IMG/VR virus record: IMGVR_UViG_3300009163_000042
Span: 1-55,667 of that record
Strand: one strand, 5' to 3'
Length of the DNA stretch: 55,667 nucleotides
DNA from: a virus
Lineage: Duplodnaviria; Caudoviricetes
Part shown: piece after piece, positions 38,239-45,504 of the stretch
Position numbering within the stretch: position 1 is the stretch's first letter
Layout of the letters: every line of letters begins with the position of its first letter
Translations under genes and position numbers: made by a program
The notes under the pieces: generated by a model
Told to the model about the DNA's origin: nothing
Seen by the model: only the letters and a program-made list of their open reading frames with translations
Database searches by the model: none

Positions 38239-38430
38239 TTACTTCTTAGCTTCAGCTTTCTTTTCTACTTTCTTCTCATCTTTCTTCACTTCTGCTTTAG
38301 CAGGTGCTGCAGCAGAAACTGCTTTAGCAGGTGCAGAAGCAGGTGCAGCTGGTGCAGTAGCTTTTGCTGGCTCAGCAGCGAAAGATGTTAATGCAAATGC
38401 AGACAAAATTGTAGCGATCAATGTTTTCAT
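38239..38430 (-). CDS. small secreted Ala/Pro/Lys-rich disordered protein
   Basis: Signal peptide MKTLIATILSAFALTSFA-A, then APAKA repeats and a K/E tail; AAGGA SD. Confidence 0.8.
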   Translation of the reverse strand: MKTLIATILSAFALTSFAAEPAKATAPAAPASAPAKAVSAAAPAKAEVKKDEKKVEKKAEAKK

Positions 38431-38552
38431 TTTAATTTCCTTAGAAAAAGTTTTTAAATAATACTATCAACTTGTCAGATTTGTCGCAATGTGTTCAGTA
38501 CGAGATATGTAATGGTATCGGTTGCTGGCATCAAGCATAGACTAACTAACAT

Positions 38553-38743
38553 TGGTAGGTTATTCTGTTACGAGGAAACCTACCGAAACCCTAAGCCGAG
38601 TTTAGGCGGCTAATGCGAACTGTGAGTCGTTTGCTTTTACTTTTTTTTGCTTCTACGACCGGGTTACTCCCAATCCTACGGGTTTCACATTCCCGTGCTG
38701 TCCACTCATTTACTTGTTGCCCTGTCGAATCTAGATCACCCCC
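38553..38743 (-). ncRNA. ssrA: tmRNA coding piece of a permuted two-piece tmRNA; tag ANDSQFALAA* at 38634-38602
   Basis: 5' GGGGGTGATCTAGATTCGACAGGG, A-rich run before resume codon GCA, GCA AAC GAC TCA CAG TTC GCA TTA GCC GCC TAA, hairpin over the stop, downstream pseudoknot; 3' end approximate. Confidence 0.92.
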
Positions 38744-38778
38744 AACTAATTGCTTTCTTTGTGCCAACCATTTTAAAA

Positions 38779-38852
38779 TGGTGGATATAACGAGAATCGA
38801 CCTCGTATTTTACAAATTCGGAGTTTGCATGTCCTACTTGGACGATATACCC
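38779..38852 (-). tRNA. non-canonical tRNA-Arg (anticodon CCG) inside the tmRNA intervening segment
   Basis: GGGTATA TC GTCC-AAGTA-GGAC A TGCAAA-CTCCGAA-TTTGTA AAAT ACGAG-GTCGATT-CTCGT TATATCC ACCA (74 nt). Confidence 0.8.
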
Positions 38853-38863
38853 GAAAACAATTA

Positions 38864-38926
38864 GGTGGAGGTGGGGGGATTCGCACCCCCGTCCAGAACA
38901 CTTTTCTCTTTGCTTCATACAGCAAT
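38864..38926 (-). ncRNA. ssrA: tmRNA acceptor piece (T arm + 3' acceptor strand), upstream of the coding piece
   Basis: TGCTGT...GTGTTCTGGAC GGGGG-TGCGAAT-CCCCC CACCTCC A CC; CACCTCC pairs with GGGGGTG giving G3-U70; TGTTCT pairs with AGGGCA and TGCTGT with ACAGCA; 5' end approximate. Confidence 0.9.
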
Positions 38927-39499
38927 TCAATAACTAACTAACTTTCTATCTGCTAATGTGAATTCGCTATCTCTCACAAAAGCAGTTAAAATATATTTCG
39001 ATCCACTAATTATACTATCACCTCGATGATACATTGGTTCTTGCATATTATACTTAATAGTAAGACAGCTTCCACGTTTTGGCTTAATTCTCATATTAGA
39101 TTTATGAAAGATTGTATGCCCACCTTCAAAATCATCATTAAGATACATAATCATCGTAGCAATTCTTTGAGATTTAAACCCTGATGTTAGATCTGTGTGA
39201 AAGTCAACATAATCTCCAACATCATATCTTATGAGAAGAAGAGGCTCAATTTTCATAAAGTTTTCAACATTAAAAAAATCAGCTACTCGTTTTAACATAG
39301 AATCGAAGTATTCGTTATTACCATATTCGATTCTATGAATCTTACATTTTCTAGTATCATTAAATATTAGTTCACCATCAACACGAACTTTTGCATCTTT
39401 CCAATTATAATCTTTAGATAAGATCTCTTCAATATCTTTTTCACTTAACCAATTATCGTATTCGGTGATTAATGGATTTAAGCTATGGTATGTTACCAT
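38927..39499 (-). CDS. 2OG-Fe(II) oxygenase, prolyl-4-hydroxylase-like
   Basis: RYDVGDYVDFHTD, RIATMIMYLNDDFEGGHTIF, YHRGDSIISGSKY. Confidence 0.9.
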   Translation of the reverse strand: MVTYHSLNPLITEYDNWLSEKDIEEILSKDYNWKDAKVRVDGELIFNDTRKCKIHRIEYGNNEYFDSMLKRVADFFNVENFMKIEPLLLIRYDVGDYVDFHTDLTSGFKSQRIATMIMYLNDDFEGGHTIFHKSNMRIKPKRGSCLTIKYNMQEPMYHRGDSIISGSKYILTAFVRDSEFTLADRKLVSY

Positions 39500-39526
39500 T
39501 ATATACTAATCGTGATTATTTGTACA
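39498..39526 (-). promoter_or_regulatory. sigma70-type promoter overlapping the P4H start codon
   Basis: TGTACA-N17-TATAAT; the AT of TATAAT is the AT of the ATG. Confidence 0.7.
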
Positions 39527-39527
39527 A

Positions 39528-39929
39528 TTATTTTAGAACATCAAAGATATCATTCGTATCAATAGAAGTTGATTCCACCATCAACGTTTGATTCTTCAAC
39601 ATTCCATCCCAAACAGTCAATTTGCTTTCACGCTCTAACTTTTCTATGACGGGCGTATGTATAGCCTTAAGATGAGATAAGAAATTTTCTCTAGTAACAC
39701 CGTGAGATGAAAACGCCCAATCTAATACCGTATTAGCGTCCAAATCGTCTATTTCAATGAAGTTTTTAAGTTGAGTAAACTTTATAGTTGATTCTCCACC
39801 AGCTACACTAGTATGATCACCTCTATTGAACACCACTGACCATGTAACTTTATTGATTACGTTTTTATGTAAATCAGTATTAGTTACAAAGATTTCGTTT
39901 ATATATGCTTCGTGTTTAATATCATTCAT
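39528..39929 (-). CDS. hypothetical protein
   Basis: VINKVTWSV...FIEIDDLDANTVLDW resembles small proteins often seen near phage fibre genes. Confidence 0.6.
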   Translation of the reverse strand: MNDIKHEAYINEIFVTNTDLHKNVINKVTWSVVFNRGDHTSVAGGESTIKFTQLKNFIEIDDLDANTVLDWAFSSHGVTRENFLSHLKAIHTPVIEKLERESKLTVWDGMLKNQTLMVESTSIDTNDIFDVLK

Positions 39930-40791
39930 GATTATTTCCAGTTAGTCTTTGTGTAATTTGTTTTACAGTTTCAATTTTAGCTATATGCTTTATAGCATGA
40001 CCCATATACACTAATCCCTTAGTTCCAGTTTCAATACCTTCTATAAGAAAATTGGTATAATTAGAATCTATATGATGATTTGTTCTTATGTTCTTATTAA
40101 AGACAATACAGTTATGAAAATAAGGACTATTAATCTTTTTTAGCATTGATAGTTTATTTTTATTTGCTATAAGATTATTTTTAACATCATTTGTTATTTT
40201 ACTCTCATTACTTAAAGCAAATAGCGTGCCTATAGAAACTCCATCTGCACCATCCTTAATCATTTCATCTATATCATTCTTATCATATACTCCACCACTA
40301 GCAATTATACGAATATCACTATAATGTTCTCTTATGACTTTAACTTGTTCATTTAAAGTTTTAGTTTGAGGACAATTTAATCCTGCGCTTTTTTCATTCT
40401 TTAAAATTATAGCATACAAAGTATGTGCTATATCTTTTATAGAGGAAACGTTTTCAATGTATACTTGCTTAAGGATAATTTTTATATTATTACGTTTAAG
40501 CTTTTCAAAAGTGCTAATTTGCCTTCTATCATCATAACCAAGTATTTCGACATATGCAGGATTCATAGCAATAATTTTATCAATATTAATAATATCATCT
40601 ATACAAGTTGAAATTACAATATCGTTTGAATTAGTAATCGATTTAAATTTAATCATATCATCACTTAATTCATTGTACAAACTTTTATAATTAAAAACAG
40701 ATAATGATGGCAATACCCCTACATTATATGTAGCAATTGCTAAATTTAAATCTGACACTCTATTCATTGCTGCGCATAATATAAAATACAT
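39922..40791 (-). CDS. nitronate monooxygenase/FabK-like FMN-dependent TIM-barrel oxidoreductase
   Basis: AAMNRVSD.NLAIA, IIASGGV, GADGVSIGTLFALSNES, LVYMGHAI. Confidence 0.8.
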   Translation of the reverse strand: MYFILCAAMNRVSDLNLAIATYNVGVLPSLSVFNYKSLYNELSDDMIKFKSITNSNDIVISTCIDDIINIDKIIAMNPAYVEILGYDDRRQISTFEKLKRNNIKIILKQVYIENVSSIKDIAHTLYAIILKNEKSAGLNCPQTKTLNEQVKVIREHYSDIRIIASGGVYDKNDIDEMIKDGADGVSIGTLFALSNESKITNDVKNNLIANKNKLSMLKKINSPYFHNCIVFNKNIRTNHHIDSNYTNFLIEGIETGTKGLVYMGHAIKHIAKIETVKQITQRLTGNNHE

Positions 40792-40800
40792 ATGAATTAT

Positions 40801-41124
40801 TTAAACTACCGCATTCTCTAATAGATATGTATCGTATTCTTCTGGCGCACAATATTCAATTGCTCTATTAAGTTTAATATAATTTTCCGCATTGTATTTC
40901 ACTCTAGCATCAGAAGCTATTTTGATATCTGGAATATCTGCAAATGCTATTAATTCATCAATTGTAGAAAACCAGACAGTTAATGTTTTAGTTGTCATAT
41001 TATCATAGAAGCGAATTCCAGTTCCAGGTAAAGGCGATTTATACTTATCTACGTGTCCTTCTGGAAATTCATAAAATGGAGTCGCTATGCTTCCTCTTTT
41101 TTCTGTTATAGTGCTTTTAATCAT
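40801..41124 (-). CDS. hypothetical protein
   Basis: 107-aa ORF in the island operon. Confidence 0.6.
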   Translation of the reverse strand: MIKSTITEKRGSIATPFYEFPEGHVDKYKSPLPGTGIRFYDNMTTKTLTVWFSTIDELIAFADIPDIKIASDARVKYNAENYIKLNRAIEYCAPEEYDTYLLENAVV

Positions 41125-41983
41125 TAATTTTTCTCCTATTTAACCATGCTAATGCTTGCTGTTTAGATCCTATATTTAGATTTTTACATTTAACATATTT
41201 CATAAGATCCGAATAGTATTTTTTCCATTCAGGTATATCATTGAATGTATCTACCTTTTCTCTAATTTCTATGTCAAATAACATAGATTTAGCCAATTGT
41301 TCTTCTTCTTTATCGTTTAAGCAATACATATAACTATGCACTGTATTTGGAAAATATGAAAAAGCAGATCTTGGATGCTTACCATTTCTAGTAATTTGTA
41401 AGATAAAATCTACATCCCAATAATTAAATGTTTGTTCTAAATTCTTATTTATGGATGAGCCGGTTTTGTTATATCCCCAAGTTCCTCCTGGATCTCCATC
41501 ACCGGTTAACAATACTCCATTATGCTTCTTTTCTACATAATCTGCAAGAAACATATTAACATAGCAACCGATATTATTTGTCAAATATTCTTTATGGTAA
41601 TTAGTAACACTATATTGTAAAAATTTAGATGGGGAAACATTAACTACGTATTGAGTATATCCATTCTTCTTACACCAACGCTCGGCCCACTTCAATTCTT
41701 CATTATTATAATCGTCAAATTTTAGGGATATTGGAACAAATTGTATTTTATTACGTTTTAGCACGTTAGCAACATACTCAGAATCTAATCCGCCAGAAAG
41801 AGCAAGATATATAGGACTTGCGTATGTGTTAGCCATATGACACATAGCCCTATCCATTTCTAAATGAAAATCAATAGCAGTTGAATCAGCATAATCTACA
41901 AGCTCTAATTCAAACTTTATTTCATTTCCTTTGATAGTTTGTTTTGGATTAGCCCAACCAAGATATTCTATATTATAAATCAT
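41117..41983 (-). CDS. PP-loop (adenine nucleotide alpha-hydrolase) enzyme, asparagine-synthase C-domain-like
   Basis: YLALSGGLDSE and LLTGDGDP. Confidence 0.75.
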   Translation of the reverse strand: MIYNIEYLGWANPKQTIKGNEIKFELELVDYADSTAIDFHLEMDRAMCHMANTYASPIYLALSGGLDSEYVANVLKRNKIQFVPISLKFDDYNNEELKWAERWCKKNGYTQYVVNVSPSKFLQYSVTNYHKEYLTNNIGCYVNMFLADYVEKKHNGVLLTGDGDPGGTWGYNKTGSSINKNLEQTFNYWDVDFILQITRNGKHPRSAFSYFPNTVHSYMYCLNDKEEEQLAKSMLFDIEIREKVDTFNDIPEWKKYYSDLMKYVKCKNLNIGSKQQALAWLNRRKIND

Positions 41984-43038
41984 ATCACCTTTGCAAACGA
42001 TATCATATTTTCTTTTGCTTTTTCGTATGTTTCAGCTGCAGTAATAAAAAGAAATTTTCTTTGTGCATCTTTATTATTTTTCGCAAATGGTATACTCACA
42101 ATATTATGTTTGTTCATCATTGAATTTACATGTGACTTATCTAATACGCTTACTTTAACATAACTCTGATAATATTTAAGTTTAGTAATAGATTCAACTT
42201 TATTTATTTGATCAGACATAAACTTAACACAGTCACTGCAATAATTAGGTTCAAAATGAATTCTTCCCCAAAGACTATTATAGCTAAGACGGTATTGCCA
42301 GTCTGTAGGATACCATATGCGTTCTTTAAAGTTACGTAAGAATTGCAATAAGAATAAAGTGTTTCTAACGCCAGAATTCTTTATAAGTTTTCTTAGATTT
42401 TCTTTAATCTTATCTATTTGAGAATCATCATCTTTATCCCACTCAAGTTGTGCAATCCATCTACCATCTACGAATTCTATTTCATGTATAGATGAAAAGA
42501 ATACTTCGCCTTCACCATTTACAAAACCTTCAACATATAATTGACCATAAGATTCGCCGGCTTTTGCAATTGCATCTTGTATAATATAACCTCTATTAAA
42601 TAACTTCTCAGAAGTTAACATAGCAGCTTGACCTCTTACATTAAGAACATCATCGTAAATTTTATAACAGAATGCATCTCCACTAGAACCAGCAGATAAT
42701 CTAGGTTTTATAATAATAGAATTATCTAAATGATTATTAAACGAGTGTAATGAAGTTAAAAGACTAGTATATAACACATTCATACCAGCATCCTTAAATA
42801 AAGATACATTATCAGCCTTATCGCATAAGGATTTTGGAAAATGAGTTATATTATGTTGCTTAAAATAAGGATCATAAACATCCCAAGATTCATAATGAGA
42901 TACAGTAAATTCACATTTTTTCTCGGTATCGTGTGTTACAATCAGATTTCCATTTTCAGCAAATCTTTTATAAGCTAAAAAATGTCTTTTCATTGCACCT
43001 TTTATTTCAGTGCATTTTGGCATAAAGATATATTTCAT
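41980..43038 (-). CDS. ATP-grasp ligase-like protein
   Basis: LCDKA, IIIKPRLSAGSSG, YIIQDAI, YVEGFV, DWQYRLS. Confidence 0.65.
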   Translation of the reverse strand: MKYIFMPKCTEIKGAMKRHFLAYKRFAENGNLIVTHDTEKKCEFTVSHYESWDVYDPYFKQHNITHFPKSLCDKADNVSLFKDAGMNVLYTSLLTSLHSFNNHLDNSIIIKPRLSAGSSGDAFCYKIYDDVLNVRGQAAMLTSEKLFNRGYIIQDAIAKAGESYGQLYVEGFVNGEGEVFFSSIHEIEFVDGRWIAQLEWDKDDDSQIDKIKENLRKLIKNSGVRNTLFLLQFLRNFKERIWYPTDWQYRLSYNSLWGRIHFEPNYCSDCVKFMSDQINKVESITKLKYYQSYVKVSVLDKSHVNSMMNKHNIVSIPFAKNNKDAQRKFLFITAAETYEKAKENMISFAKVI

Positions 43039-43469
43039 TTTACGTCTTTACCAAAACCAATCTTATTCCAAACTCTTTCATGAGTATAATAAATTACTAT
43101 ATTCATAATAGTTGCAATAGTTAAGAATGCTATTGCTGATTTCCAAGAACCAGTTGTAAGATATGGAATCATAAAATTATTAAATGTAATCAATGCACGC
43201 CACGTAATCGATTTACTAATAGTTCTTGGTTGTCCGTCAAGAAACATTAAATTGTCTTCCGGTTTTCTATTCCATTGAGCATAATTCCAAGCTCTTTCAT
43301 GAACCCAATGAAGACCCATATTAATTACTGCAGCAATTCCAACAATCTGAGCTCCAATAATCCAAGAGCCTGAAACTATAAAACCATTAATAAAATGACT
43401 AAGCGAAAATAATACTCTAATAGTTAGAGTCTTAAATATACTTCTTAATTGTGTTTCTGTGTATTTCAT
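43035..43469 (-). CDS. DUF2061 membrane protein (two tandem domains)
   Basis: RSIFKTLTIR...HERAWN and RTISKSITWR...YYTHERVWNKIGFG. Confidence 0.85.
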   Translation of the reverse strand: MKYTETQLRSIFKTLTIRVLFSLSHFINGFIVSGSWIIGAQIVGIAAVINMGLHWVHERAWNYAQWNRKPEDNLMFLDGQPRTISKSITWRALITFNNFMIPYLTTGSWKSAIAFLTIATIMNIVIYYTHERVWNKIGFGKDVK

Positions 43470-44359
43470 TCGTTCACCTTAATGTTTTTAGTAATAGATT
43501 TCCAATATTGTTCTTGCTGTTTATACCAAGCATCTGATATATTATATTCAGTACAAAAATCTAATGTATAGTTATTTTGTACATGTGTTCCTCGTTTTGC
43601 TTTAGAAAATATTTCTTTAAACTTTTCGTGCATTTCATTAGTAACATATGTGTTACTTAACAAAAAGAATGGTTGAACAATTCCTTCTGTTCCATCAATT
43701 CCTTGAGACTTTAAAGTTGGGGTATTAAAAAGAATCTTATTACCACTAAGACCAACGCCATTTAGTGCACCACTTTCTATATGTTGACGAACATCTCCAA
43801 TAAAAGCAATTCCCATATCTAATCTTCCGGCTGTTGCATCAATAATAGATTGAATAGATCCTTGATAAGGCACTATATTAACATTCTTATATTTCTTCTG
43901 AATCTCTAGCGCAACTAAGTGTGTATTAGCTCCAAGCCCAGTTACACCAATATTAATATTTGCATCAACTGGAACATCTTTAAATGTACTATATTTTTTA
44001 CTATAAACTATAGGTGGACTATAGCAAAGACCAACTAATGGTTTAAATGTATTAATATCATATGGGTTATTTGAAAATAATCCTAATCTAATAAAATAAT
44101 TACTTCCAGTTGCAAGAATAGCTGGTGCATTTCTATTTGAAACATACCCTGCAGAAATTGCTCCAGCAGCTCCAGGTTTATTAACAAAAATAAACTTATA
44201 ATCTGATTGTATCACATTAGCTTCATCAACCAAAAATCTAATGTGATTAGCTGTAACTCCACTTGAATTAAATGGCCATACTACTTCAATTACTTGAGAA
44301 GCAGATACTGATGCGTATATCGCAATAAAACTTGCAATTAAAAATTTCATAAATCTCAT
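43466..44359 (-). CDS. tripartite tricarboxylate transporter substrate-binding protein (TctC/Bug family)
   Basis: Signal peptide, IEVVWPF..SG, VNKPGAAGAI, HLVAL, IVPYQG, PTLKSQGI. Confidence 0.85.
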   Translation of the reverse strand: MRFMKFLIASFIAIYASVSASQVIEVVWPFNSSGVTANHIRFLVDEANVIQSDYKFIFVNKPGAAGAISAGYVSNRNAPAILATGSNYFIRLGLFSNNPYDINTFKPLVGLCYSPPIVYSKKYSTFKDVPVDANINIGVTGLGANTHLVALEIQKKYKNVNIVPYQGSIQSIIDATAGRLDMGIAFIGDVRQHIESGALNGVGLSGNKILFNTPTLKSQGIDGTEGIVQPFFLLSNTYVTNEMHEKFKEIFSKAKRGTHVQNNYTLDFCTEYNISDAWYKQQEQYWKSITKNIKVNE

Positions 44360-45504
44360 TATATAAATCCTTTCATTTCACCTAAGCAATATGTTTGTTT
44401 GAACTGTTTAAGACCATCAGGCATTCCCAATTCATTATATTGAATATAATCTTTGGCATGTGTTATCAAATAGTCTATACCTCTATTCCAAAGAAGATAT
44501 TCACGAGTGTCTTTCTTTTGATTAAAAAACCAATTTTCAAATTGGTTATTATGAAATAGACCTGTAGACTTATCGGCTTGATACCATTCTTTATTCCATG
44601 TAGTATATAGTATGTCTCTTAAAAGAGGTTCTATAATTAACCTAGATTTTTTATAGTCAGCGCTCTTCCATAATCTTTGTAAAGAAGGCACATATTCTAT
44701 CCACTTTTTTATAATATGACCTTGTTTACAAATTAACTTTGCAGCAGTCTTATCCCAATAAAAGAACTCTACATGAAGATTTGGATACTTGTTATAATCG
44801 TATATTGGTGTTATATTAGCAGTGGTATCATTAAGAAACAAATAGAATTTATTATGCGAAATAAAACTCTTAGGTTTATCCACGCCTGAAACAAATGCAT
44901 ATCTTTTATTTTTATCTAGAGTTTTATTAATGTCTATAAAATCAAAATAATCATATCTAAAAGTTTGACCTATAGATAAATTATCAGTTTTATTTAAGAT
45001 CCAATCTGCATCGTCTTCTTTGCTAAGTGCATTAAATATTTTATCACTTAAATCAAGTATTGTTATCTTAGTTCTTGGTAACTTATCGTACAATTCTTTT
45101 AGACGAGGAATTGCTTGTAATTGATGTTCAGCTGCAAAATTTGTAGAATCTCGATTATTGTGATTCAAAATTGTAACACTCTTAGTTGCATCTGTTACAT
45201 GATTAGTTATAATTTCATCAACATGCAATCCTTGTCGAATAAATGATTGCAACATATTATGACTATCAGCTCCTCCACTATAGCTTAACATTATATAATC
45301 ATATTTTTCACGAAGTTCACGAGCTCTTTTATCGTAAAGTTCATCTAAAGTTTCTTGTGGTTCTATCCACCAAGGATATGTAGAAAATACATCTTGATGA
45401 AACATCCATTGAATAGGCTTCTTAAATTGAGTCGAATATATGCATGCTCTTATTTTAGAATCGAACCTTTTGCCATCGCAGATGTAATAACCACTAGAAG
45501 ACAT
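44359..45504 (-). CDS. PP-loop (adenine nucleotide alpha-hydrolase) enzyme
   Basis: LREKYDYIMLSYSGGADSHNML, GVDKP, EFFYW. Confidence 0.75.
   Translation of the reverse strand: MSSSGYYICDGKRFDSKIRACIYSTQFKKPIQWMFHQDVFSTYPWWIEPQETLDELYDKRARELREKYDYIMLSYSGGADSHNMLQSFIRQGLHVDEIITNHVTDATKSVTILNHNNRDSTNFAAEHQLQAIPRLKELYDKLPRTKITILDLSDKIFNALSKEDDADWILNKTDNLSIGQTFRYDYFDFIDINKTLDKNKRYAFVSGVDKPKSFISHNKFYLFLNDTTANITPIYDYNKYPNLHVEFFYWDKTAAKLICKQGHIIKKWIEYVPSLQRLWKSADYKKSRLIIEPLLRDILYTTWNKEWYQADKSTGLFHNNQFENWFFNQKKDTREYLLWNRGIDYLITHAKDYIQYNELGMPDGLKQFKQTYCLGEMKGFI

Noticed and set aside
38864-38926. tmRNA 3' fragment read as an attP/attR integration scar
   Set aside because: No integrase is in the window, the context is lytic T4-like, and the fragment pairs fully with the downstream 5' module, which has no other 3' end. 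Permutation explains it better.
38613-38930. Track ORFs 38613..38864(+) and 38736..38930(-)
   Set aside because: They overlap the tmRNA and nested tRNA and have no protein-like features.
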